NCBI RefSeq assembly: GCF_016432865.1
Contig: NC_067399.1
Location: forward strand, 4,898,001-4,962,000
DNA from: Antechinus flavipes
Taxonomy: Eukaryota
Length of the DNA: 64,000 nt
Reading direction: 5' to 3'
Shown here: positions 12,200 to 22,710 of the stretch, one piece after another
Layout: each line of letters starts with the position of its first letter
Position numbering within the stretch: the stretch's first letter is position 1
Made by a program: the position numbers and the translations under genes
Notes under the pieces: model-generated
Seen by the model: only the letters and a program-made list of their open reading frames with translations
Told to the model about the DNA's origin: nothing
Database searches by the model: none

Positions 12200-12400
12200 T
12201 CTCTTCCCTATTCGAAGTTGATATTTATATAGATCTTTACAAATATCATCTCATTTGATGCTCAAAATAACCTGGGAAATAGATGCTGTTATTATTCCAC
12301 TTTACAGACTGAGAAACTAAGGCAGGCAGAAGTTAAGTGACACAGCTGGGATGCGCTGCACATGAGATTAGAACTCGGGTCTTCCTGACTCCTTACTGTG
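12200..12400 (-). mobile_element. MIR
   Basis: attccactttacagactgagaaactaaggcagg...aagtgacacagct. Confidence 0.7.
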
Positions 12401-13130
12401 CTGAGGAAGCGGCCCCTGGCGGCCACGCCTGCTGTGGCTCTGAGGGGCTCCTGCCTCCACTGGGACGCGTCCAAGGGGAGACTTCGGCCTTCTTTCCCCA
12501 GCGCTTCGTCCACGGAGGGTCCTGGTCAGGCAGGACATTTTCATTCACGTTCAGTCCGAATATTTGACTTTGGGCCTGGGTTGGCAGGCCGCGGACTTGG
12601 GGACCTCCCTCCGGGGCTGACAGTCCCCAGCCGGGCCAGTCCGGCTTTGGCAGCAGGCGGCCCGGGGAGCCGGGCGGGATCGCATCGGAGCCGGCCGGGG
12701 GCCTGGCACAGGCTCAAAGGCCGAGGGCTGCCGAACGGGAACTCTTCCCCGATGGCCCCGAAGTGTGCGGGAAGGAGCCATGTGCCGGGGGATCCCGGGC
12801 ATTGCGCGGGTGCTCCGCGGGCTCCCGTGGGACAGGGAAGGCCAGGAGGCCCGGTCCCCCTCCGAGAGGCTCAGACTTCCAGAAGTGGGACCCCCGGCCC
12901 GGAGCCCTCGGAGGGCGCTCCGGCGGCTCCTTCCCGGCCGCCTCCCGCCCCCGCGCAGGGCTCTGGGACCAAGTGCTCCTTCTGGGAGGGCTCGCGGGCA
13001 GCGGGAGGGCTCGTGGGCAGGGAGGGCGCGGGCAGAGGGCGGACTGACCCAGAAGCTGCGGGAACATCGGCCCGCTGGGCCCGGCCCAGCGGAGCCCAGC
13101 AAAGCAAACAGCTTTCGGAACAAACGGCCC
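12400..13130. promoter_or_regulatory. CpG-island-like GC-rich block
   Basis: visually very high GC and CpG density; no TE similarity recognised. Confidence 0.6.
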
Positions 13131-15192
13131 CCAGTGAACAAGCTCTGGATTGTTCTCCTCCGGAGTGGGGGGTGGGACAGGGTAAACATTGCCCTTTGTT
13201 TGAATGGGGAGGGGGGAGGGGGCTGGGGAGAGGGAGGGGAGGAGCCGCCTGGGGGAGGATGTCACTCAGTGGGAAGCTTCTGCATGGTGGCCTAGGCTAG
13301 AGCTGGGGAGATGGGCCCGGACCTCCTGGCTTTCAGACAAGGAAAGGGCCCTTAGAAGGAAGGCGCTGGCCCAGAGCAGTGGGTGGGGTCGGGCCCAGGA
13401 GACGCAGACCCCCAGAGCCCCTCCTCTCCAGCCACCCCGCACACAATGGAGGCCTTCCAAAAGGGGCAGGAGGTGAGCCTGAAGCTGCCCTGGGAGCCAG
13501 GCTTTGCCCCGAAGGCAGGATTCCCTCCCCAGGACCCGGCCTTCTGGCCCGGGGCTCACCACTGGGTGCTGAGCCCACCTGAGAGTCCTGTGCCTCTGGT
13601 TCAGACTCCCGTGCACAGGGTATGGGAGACCCCGGCTCAGGGCACTTGCCCCCCAAGGTGGCTTAAAGGGGGGGGTCAGACATGGGAGGATCTTGGGTCC
13701 TTAGCCCCCGGGAGGAGCTGGTCTCTTGCCTTGGTTCCATCAGGTGTGAGGTCCTCAGACTCTGACTTGGGGGCGCCGGCCCCGGGCACCAGAATCGGAG
13801 CCATGGGTGACACCCCCTGGGCCAGTCCCAGCTGGGCTGCCCCCCCGAAGGCCCCGGCTGAGGGAGTCCATGTCTGACCTCCAAGGCCCGGGGGAGGCTC
13901 CTCCTTTTCCGAGGCTGTTTTGCCAGCTGTAAAGCGGAGCTGAGAATTCCCATCCTCTGCTTCCCCAGACCTTGGGCAGTGGGAGCCCCGCATTTCCCCC
14001 CACCCAGAGCGCTGGTGGGCCCCTGTTGCGGGCACCCTCCGACCCCGGGCACTTCAAGGAAAGACTCCTCAGTGGCCCCTCTCAGCCGGGCCTGACTCCT
14101 CTCAGGCCAGAATCCCCGTGGGCTTCTGGGAAGGCATGGTAAGCATTTTTCCTTAGAGTTGGGAAATCATCTCCTGCCATGAGCCAGAAACCGCCTCGAG
14201 CCCCCAAAGACTGAGGCTCGATTTCAAACTCGAACCCGGGAGGTCAGAGTGAGCTCTCCTGGAAAATCCTAAGCTCCCGCTCTCGGCCAAGAGAAAGCGG
14301 AGAGGGGGCGCAGGGAGGGCCCCGGCCGAGCACAGCAGTTTCCAATATTTGTTCTTCCCTCAGACTCCTAATTAATCTTGACTAGCCTAACAAAACAATT
14401 AAGGCATATTTACATTCGTTTTTTCAAACCATCCATGCACATGCGTGCCCCTCGGCATGTGTGCGTGGCTGGGTCCTAAACACCAGCTGGGCTGGGGCGG
14501 GCAGGACAGGGGGCAGAAATCGGAGGTTAAAACCCCAGCCTTGCCGTGGATTCCCTCTATAAAGCTCAGTTTGCTCATCCGGAAGATGGGACACTATTTC
14601 CGTGGCTTCCCTGAGAGACTCCTCCCTCAGCTCCATCTCACTGTCCAACGTCTCTGTCCCTGGACCTCCGACACTGGTTGGCCGTCAGCTGCTTTGGTCC
14701 CCGGCTCCAAGATGAGACCCCTGTGTGGGGCTCGGTTTCCTCCAAGCCTTTTCTGGGCAAAGGATGCTCGGCAAACCGCCACTGTGGGCCCGGGGGCCTC
14801 AGGACCGCGCTCGGGCCGGCAGGCTGAGGGACCTGCCCCCCCAGCTCACCCGAAGGGCCTTCGGTTAGGGCTCTGGTCATGGATGTGTATGTGGCTCCGG
14901 CTGGAAATGGGGAGATAGAAATCCGTCCCTTCCCTGAGGGAGCTGAGCTCCCAGAGTCACACTGTGAGCTCTATGCCCGCCGGGGCAGGGCACCCGCTCT
15001 GATACAGAGCACAGAGGGAGCCAGGGGCTGGGGTGCGCACTACAGCTCCAGCACTTTCCAGCCTCGTGGTGGCACCTGGGCATGGACTAACTCCCCTGGT
15101 TCTCTCCCTCCCCCTGGCTCAAAGGAGGCACTTAACGAATATTTACGGTCTGATGGATTCACAAACTACTACGGCTGAAAGCAAATCTGTGG

Positions 15193-15795
15193 CCCAATGG
15201 CCGTCCTCCCAATGGTCATCCTCCCAATGGCCATCCTCCCAATGGCCATCCTCCCAATGATCATCCTCCCAATGGCCATCCTCCCAATGATCATCCTCCC
15301 AATGGCCATCCTCCCAATGACCGCCCTCCCAATGGTCGTCCTCCCAATGACCGCCCTCCCAATGGCCGCCCTCCCAATGGCCGCCCTCCCAATGGTCATC
15401 CTCCCAATGGCCATCCTCCCAATGACCGCCCTCCCAATGGCCATCCTCCCAATGATCATCCTCCCAATGGCTGTCCTCCCAATGGTCGTCCTCCCAATGA
15501 TCATCCTCCCAACGGCCGTCCTCCCAATGGTCGTCCTCCCAATGGCCATCCTCCCAATGGTCATCCTCCCAATGGCCATCCTCCCAATGGTTGTCCTCCC
15601 AATGGTCATCCTCCCAATGGTCATCCTCCCAATGGCCATCCTCCCAATGGCCGTCCTCCCAATGATCATCCTCCCAATGGCCGCCCTCCCAATGGCCGCC
15701 CTCCCAATGGTCATCCTCCCAATGGCTGCCCTCCCAATGGCCGCCCTCCCAATGGCCGTCCTCCCAATGGCCGCCCTCCCAATGGTGACCTCCCC
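15193..15795. repeat. 15-bp minisatellite, 40 units, consensus aatggccatcctccc
   Basis: exact 15-nt register with no indels from 15196 to 15795. Confidence 0.98.
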
Positions 15796-17149
15796 GCAGT
15801 GCTGGAGCTCAGGCACAGACTCAGACACAGCCGGAGAGAAAGCCTGCCCAGTTTGTTGGACTCGCCCCGTGCTCCCTGTCCAGCCCTCGGGGTCTGGGTC
15901 AGTCGCCTTCACACCAGCTTCCTGAGAGGAGAAATTGTGATCATGGGAAAGACACTGAATACAGTCAGAGGAGGGAGTCGAGGGGGGCAAGAACTGATTG
16001 GGTGAAGGGGGACGTCCGCCCTGGGGATGAGAATGGGTGGAACTAGAGAGACGCATTTGAGGAGTTTAAGGGCCGTCACGCAGGGAGGGAGGGATTCCCC
16101 CAAGATGATTCTTCTTCGCCTCAGAGTGAACCAGGCTCCGTGAGAGGAGGCGGCAAAGGGGCAGATTTCATCTCAGCAGGTCCAGTCCACAAGCATTTGT
16201 TAAGCACCTACCATGTGCTAAGTTCTAGAAGACTCCTCTCCCTCCCATCCCTGAGGGTTTCTGGTAGGAGCTGGTTTGAGCGGGTCCAGACGGGATCTCC
16301 TCGGCCTCCGTGTGTGGGGGAACCGGGCTAGAGCCCTGGACCACACTCCATGCGCATGCACATTGCCAGTCGTGAGTTTCTCTGATTTATGATTATTACT
16401 ATTTTTACCTTTAGTAGTAAATTACAAAGGGCATTAGGGACGACGATAGGGGAACATGAACAATATCATCTCATAAAGGAGGGAGAAGAGAGTGTACGTG
16501 TGTGTCGAGGGAAATGAATTCATAGAAGTCTGATGAGACTCAAGCCCGATCATCTCGGGGACATTGGAGAGTGAAGTGAGAAAAGGCCCGACAAGAAATA
16601 AAGTGGAAAAAATCTGTGCTTTTCTCCATTAATGGTGGTGTGACCTCCATCCCTTGACTTATTACAATCCTTAATGTGACGGAAGAATAAGAGTAATAAA
16701 ACGAAAACCAAAAAGAGCAGTTAGATTAGACAGTGTGTAGACAAAGGAGGTGAGGATTAAGGGGCTAAATCTCAAGGTGTCAGAAAGAGGGGAGGACATT
16801 TGGGGGAAAAGATATAAATGCTAAATAAAAGTCTTGTCTTTATGGCATTTTGGCATGGCACAGTATTCTTAACATTTTATTCTATATTAATAATGTCATT
16901 ATTATTTGGCAACCATAAATAATAATAAATGATACTATAAATATAGAAAAATAAAATACTATTAAAATGTTACTATTGAGGGGGAAAATGCACAAAAAGA
17001 GCAAGTGCACGGCAAGAGTTACATAGAAGGAGAAGGCCTGGATGGGTGGGGCCTTGCCCATTGAAGGGCAAGCTCAGAGCTCCAAGGCAATAGCAAAGTA
17101 AATGAAAGATAAATATTTGGAATCCACATGGCGATAATCTCAAGTGCAG

Positions 17150-17700
17150 AGTGGGGGAAAGCCAGTCATGGCAGCCAGAGGGGCAGGGAATGCTAGGAAA
17201 GGGGCGCTTGTGGGCTCCGTGTCTGCCGGGCAGCTCCGCTCGGGAGGCGAGGAACGGGCAGGGCTCCAGGAGGGGAGGGTGGGAGCCGCGGGAGGAAGCC
17301 CCGGGTCCCACCCCTGGAAGTCTCCGTGTCTGTGATGTGGCCAAGCCGGCCGATAAGGCCCTCCGCTGTCCGGCCCGCTCCCCCCGCCCCACGGCTCCGC
17401 TTTGATCCGGCAAAGAGAGTTAGACGTGCACAAATATACATCATCTTCCCAGCGTCCTCAGGGCCCGGCCGCCCCCGGCCTTCTGCCTGTCAGGCACCTA
17501 TTCTCCCTTTGAAGATGCTCATGAAAGGAGGGGACTGAGGGCGCAGCTTCCCGAGGCCTGATTTACAGCCGGGCTTTGGTGAATCAAACGCCCGCATCGG
17601 AGTTCATCATCCAATAATATTTTTGCAGCACCCTTCGGAGCCTGGCCCGGGGCCAGACACGACACAGCCCGAGAGGAGAACCAGGCCCTTCCTCTGAGCA
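17150..17700. promoter_or_regulatory. CpG-rich block with GATA (gataag), TCF/LEF (ctttgat, atcaaa) and PBX-HOX (tgatttac) motifs
   Basis: motifs read directly; function inferred. Confidence 0.4.
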
Positions 17701-17707
17701 CGCTCCA

Positions 17708-17965
17708 GGCCAGGGAACAGGGCTCGGACCGGGCCAGGGAACAGGACCCGGACCGGGCCAGGGAACAGGACTCAGACTGGGCCAGGGAACAGGACCCAGA
17801 CCGGGCCAGGGAATAGAACCTGGACTGGGCCAGGGAACAGGACTCAGACTGGGCCAGGGAATAGAACCTGGACCGGGCCAGGGAACAGGACTCAGACTGG
17901 GCCAGGGAACAGGGCCCGGACCGGGCCAGGGAATAGAACCTGGACAGGGCTCAGATGGGCCAGGG
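17708..17965. repeat. 24-bp minisatellite, 10 units plus a partial unit, consensus ggccagggaacaggactcagactg
   Basis: direct read of tandem units. Confidence 0.97.
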
Positions 17966-20049
17966 TCACTCCATGACAGAAACAGCCGAGCCAAGCCCCT
18001 ACGTGTGCCTGGCCCTGGGGTAAGCGCTGGGCCTGCCAAGAAGGGTCCAAAAGTTCTGCTTCCAAGATGTTCCTCCAGAGGAGGGGAGCTGCTTGTCTGG
18101 CCCGGTGGAAACATGAGGGCCAGGGAGGACATTGGGGAGCCAATGACACTTTACCAGCGTGAGATATGAGAGTGGGGTGACAGGGGGCAGCTCTGAGCTT
18201 TGCCTGCCCGAGAAAGTGGTCCCTAAGGATGGGGATGAAGGCCCTTCCTGGGAGGGGGGTCCTAGGGGAGACTCAGAAGTAGGAGGCTCCCCCCAGCCCC
18301 GTCCCAGCTCAGGCCAGACTGAGGTTCCCTTCTAGACAAGGGCATCCAGACTTTCCTCGATGGCCTCGGCCAAGCAGGACACACAGGAGCCGTAGGCCGG
18401 CGGCTCCCTGGCTGGAAAGTGTTCTCTGAGTGAGCCCAAATCGGGCTTTCTGATTGCACCCAGAAGGTGCGAGCTGACACAGATTCTGAAGGCTGCCCAG
18501 GGCCCCCCAGCCTCTGCTCGAGGCCCTCCACCGATGGAGAGGAAGCCCTGCGCTACCCCGGTCACTCTGAGCTGCCTCAGTCACTGTCAGCTGACCTGGT
18601 CACTCTCAACTGCCCCGGTCCCTCTGAGCTGCCTCCAGCCTCCATCCATCTCCTTTCCAGGCTAATTGTGGCCCTTTATGGAGCTGACCCTGGGGTGTTC
18701 GGGACTTGAGCCCTTCTCCATCACGGCTTCCCTTCTCTGCCCGGTCCCTGATTTATCCCTGTCCAGTTCAAAGCTGTGCATCCCAGACTGGAGCCGGCGC
18801 TTCAGGTCTGAGAGGAGGAGGAGCTGCCCTCGGTCCCAGGAACTCGGGGATTCGGTTTCTCGGAATGACTGATAGGACTGAACCAATGCATTTCAGATTT
18901 GAGATGGGGTAAAAACATCCCAGCAAGCCGAGGTCCCGGGAAGCCCTGTGGGCCGTGTCGGCGTCTCAGGGCCCCCTTTGTGAGGGGAAAAGGTCTTTCC
19001 CTTGACCCCGGCTTGGACCCCAGTGAAATTCAACCCATCTTTCTTAAGCACCTTCCAGCTTTTTTGTAGGTAACTCCTCCGAGAGGAGTGCAGGCTCTTT
19101 GAGAACAGGGAAGGGCTGTTTTATTCGAGCCCTTATAGCCTAAGAGAGCGAGCACAGCAGAAGGTAAGACAGAGCCCTGGGGAGGGCTGGGACCCTGTAG
19201 AGAACATGGAAAAAGTGAACCCCAAGGAGAGACCGGCCCTCGGGAAGGCCTTGGTCAGCGCTGCTGGTGTGTACACAGCGGGGCCTCCGAGCACGGGGCT
19301 GGGTCCTTCTCCCCCTCGCCCTGAGCTTGGCGGGCTGTCTCCCGTCCTCCCTCGCCTGCCCCGCGGCCGAAGGAGGGCTGACCTGGGGGGCCGGGCCCAG
19401 CCCCCCGTCAGCTCCGGTGCCGCCGATGGAAGCGGGGCTCCCTCCATTCGCCGGGGTCCAGAGCGCCGGAGGCCCGGGGGCCGGCAGCCGCCCTCAGCGG
19501 GCCCGGGCCAACGGGAACATTAGCTCCCACCTCTTAAGTGACTGTCTTCTCCTTTATCATCATCATCTCCCCGATTTTACAAGTTCCATGTTTTCTTTAG
19601 GTAAGAAAACACTGGTGAGTTCATGTTTTATTGTTTCTTGCCGTTCCATAAATTGCGTGCGGCCAAAACAAATGTAGGTCCTACTGTGTGACCCGGGGAC
19701 CCCGAGTGTTGACTTTCCGCAAGTTATAAACAAGGGGAAGATATGTTAGCCTGGGTCACAATTTTCCACTGCCAAGGAGAGCGGGAGCTCGCTTCTAATA
19801 ACAAAGCCGTATCTCTCAGCGAAGTTTCCTCCTCCACACGGGCCGGATTGGGTTACCGTGCCCAGCGAGGGACATCCTTTCTGGAGACCAGAGACGCTGC
19901 GGCGAGCGAAAAACATCAGAGCCGCCCCTCAGACCCCGGGCCGGTCTGGGAAAGGGGGGCGCTGGAAGGGCCCGGGGACCCCGAGTCAGGGGCTGCAGAG
20001 AGGAGTGGGATAGAGTGCCTTCCCAGGGGGGAGCTCCGTGCCATGGGCC

Positions 20050-20451
20050 NNNNNNNNNNNNNNNNNNNNNNNNNNNNNNNNNNNNNNNNNNNNNNNNNNN
20101 NNNNNNNNNNNNNNNNNNNNNNNNNNNNNNNNNNNNNNNNNNNNNNNNNNNNNNNNNNNNNNNNNNNNNNNNNNNNNNNNNNNNNNNNNNNNNNNNNNNN
20201 NNNNNNNNNTGTGAGTATGAGTGTGTGTGTATGTGTGAGTGTGCCTGTGTGTGTCTGTGTATGTGTGAGTGTGAATACATGTNNNNNNNNNNNNNNNNNN
20301 NNNNNNNNNNNNNNNNNNNNNNNNNNNNNNNNNNNNNNNNNNNNNNNNNNNNNNNNNNNNNNNNNNNNNNNNNNNNNNNNNNNNNNNNNNNNNNNNNNNN
20401 NNNNNNNNNNNNNNNNNNNNNNNNNNNNNNNNNNNNNNNNNNNNNNNNNNN
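20050..20451. other. Two assembly gaps (20050-20209, 20283-20451) around a (TG)n-rich island
   Basis: N runs. Confidence 1.
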
Positions 20452-20544
20452 CTTGGGACGAGGCTCTGATGGAGCACATACTGCTTGGGCACAGAATCAT
20501 GGGACTTGAATAAGACTCCTCCACCCCCCACACCCCAACCGGTG

Positions 20545-20700
20545 ACTCTCAGGATAGAAGGCCAAGCTTGGAGTCAAGAAGACTCATCTTCTCGAGTTCA
20601 AATTTGGCTCCGGACGTTTGTTCGTTGTGTGACACTGGGAAAGTCACTGAGCCCTGTCTGCCTCAGTTTCCTCCTCTGTGAAATGATCCGGGAAAGGATA
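20545..20700 (+). mobile_element. MIR/Mar1 CORE-SINE 5' part
   Basis: ttggagtcaagaagactcatcttctcgagttcaaat...ctgcctcagtttcctc. Confidence 0.7.
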
Positions 20701-21399
20701 AAGAAGCTACTCCAGCACCTCTGCCCAGCAGAGCCCCAGGGGGTCACAGAGAGACAGACAGGACCGGACAATACACCTGTTCTGGGCACAGACGAGGAGC
20801 CTTCTTTTGGAAGGTGGCGCTTGGAAGGGCCATGGGCACCCCTGGGAATGCCGGTGGTGAAGTCAGTGGGACTAATGCCTGATGTATAGATGTTCTATGT
20901 TCAAGTCACTGTGCTAACCCTTGGGGATCCAAAAAGCAAAAGCAAAAGCCAGTCCCTGACCCCAAAGAGGTTTCAGTCTAATGAGACAGAGACCGAGATA
21001 GAGATAGGGAAGATGGAGATGCTAGAAATGGAGGCAGATTCATTAAATGCAATGCTTTTTTAAAAATTGTTTTCCAATATATTTAAAGCTCTATCAAATA
21101 GCTTGCTATTTTCATTAGCCTTTGAATCAAGGGAAGGGAAGATGGCAGGCAGGAGGGAGCTTTGGGGTACAGCCATGCAGGACATGGGAGCCCCCCGTCA
21201 TCACGGATCATACTGCCAAGAAGCCTGGTCAGTTTTGAAGGGAGCCAAGGATAGGAAGGTTGCTCCCTGGCTCACAGATTTCCCCAATACCCCCAAATGT
21301 GCCCTCAGGGGACTGTGGGGTGCATTTCTTTGTCCCCTAACACTCCATGATCTCTGGCCTTACACATCCTATACTCTCTACCTTCTCTCCTCACTCCAC

Positions 21400-22075
21400 T
21401 TTAGCTCACGTGGGGATGTGACATCCCTGATCTGGCCCTCACGTGTGCCTCTTGTCCCTCCATTATCCCCCGAAATTCCTCTCTGATCCAGCCTTGTCTC
21501 CAAACATCTCTTTCTGCCCCAATGCTCCTTATTGGTTTCCCTGCCCACACCCTGACCTCTTCTCCCTCCCATCTACTTAACTCTCTCCTGGTATCATCCT
21601 TAGGATGAAGGAGATTTGGAGGAACCAAACTGGCCGGTCTCCATGCACATGTGATACCATATTGGACCAAGTGAACCTCCACTCTGCTCTCCATGAACCT
21701 TTGTTCCCCTGCACCATCACCTGAGACATTTTGCTGAATATCAATCCAAAATCGCCTCCACTATCCTCCTCTTCCTTAGAAAAAAGCACACAAGGCTCAC
21801 GGGAAACTGGTTCTATGTGGCTGGAACACCAAGAGTCTCCCAGCTGCCCGCCAATCCTTCCGTTCATCACTCATTGGCCGGGTGACATGTTGCCGCAGAG
21901 GCCAGTTCACATTTTCCCAATTCCACTCAGGCCTCTGTTATCCTTGCTCCCCTTCCCTCTCAGCTTCCAGGGACTGAGAAAACCATGATTCATTACTCCA
22001 CAACTCAGAGAATGCCTTCATCATCCCCCATTCTCTTCCTCTCCTTTGCTGCATGTTCTGCTGAAGAGATGAGCC
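21400..22075 (+). mobile_element. Degenerate L2 ORF2 fragment
   Basis: pyrimidine-rich L2-like sequence ending in gaagagatgagccttctttcccaagg. Confidence 0.45.
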
Positions 22076-22505
22076 TTCTTTCCCAAGGTGAATCCTCCCT
22101 CCTGTGCCTTCCTTCTTTCCCAAGGTGAATCCTCCCTCTTGTGCCTTCCTTCTTTCCCGAGGTGAATCCTCCCTCTTGTGCCTTCCTTCTTTCGCAAGGT
22201 GAATCCTCTTGTGCTCTTCTTCTTTCCCGAGGTGAATCCTCCCTCTTGTGCCTTCCTTCTTTCCCAAGGTAAATCCTCCCTCTTGTGACTTCCTTCTTTC
22301 CCAAGGTGAATGCTCCCTCTTGTGCTCTTCTTCTTTCCCAAGGTGAATCCTCTTGTGCTCTTCTTCTTTCCCGAAGTGAATCCTCCCTCTTGTGCTCTTC
22401 TTCTTTCCCGAAGTGAATCCTCCCTCTTGTGCCTTCCTTCTTTCCCAAGGTGAATCCTCCCTCTTGTGCCTTCCTTCTTTCCTGAGGTGAATCCTCCCTC
22501 TTGTA
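22074..22505. repeat. 37-bp minisatellite, 12 units including two 33-bp variants
   Basis: ccttccttctttcccaaggtgaatcctccctcttgtg; unit starts 22088 to 22487. Confidence 0.97.
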
Positions 22506-22544
22506 CTTTTATCTTCAGTAACATGTTGACTTTGGGCTTCTCAG

Positions 22545-22710
22545 TTCAAGAAGGACAATGGTAACTGGAGAAGCTCCAGAGGAGGAGGATGGGGGTGTAT
22601 TGTATCGTGTATCATGTATTTTAGGTGAAAGAAATGAGTGTTTTTAGCCTGGGGAAGGGAAGATCTGGGGAAACGTGGTACCTGGGCTCACAGATTTGAA
22701 GGGCTGTCCG
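22545..22710 (+). mobile_element. L3/CR1 3' fragment
   Basis: gagtgtttttagcctggggaagggaagatctgggg...tttgaagggctgt, resembling CR1 LGMFSLEKRRLRG..YLKGC. Confidence 0.55.

Noticed and set aside
12398-13300. 300-aa ORF and overlapping 176-212 aa ORFs
   Set aside because: Pro/Gly/Arg/Ala-rich ORFs open on both strands in very GC-rich DNA, with no recognisable domain; expected by chance in a CpG island
13383-13877. 164-aa Pro/Trp-rich ORF
   Set aside because: No homology recognised and no convincing exon boundaries; several antisense ORFs of similar length overlap it
16528-16590. Hammerhead ribozyme core ctgatga (also at about 61028)
   Set aside because: No stem II closing directly onto GAAA and no matching stems I/III
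19743-20533. Long ORFs spanning N-gaps (also near 30.0-30.7, 39.4-39.9, 48.0-49.3 and 61.2-62.1 kb)
   Set aside because: Artefacts of translating N runs as X
22074-22505. CRISPR-like appearance of the 37-bp repeat (also the 24- and 27-bp arrays)
   Set aside because: Units are head-to-tail with no unique spacers, the genome is eukaryotic and no cas genes are present
15193-22505. Idea that the repeat cluster is the marsupial Rsx lncRNA
   Set aside because: The arrays are each under 1 kb and dispersed, unlike the multi-kilobase repeat domains of Rsx, and no flanking X-linked gene exons were recognised
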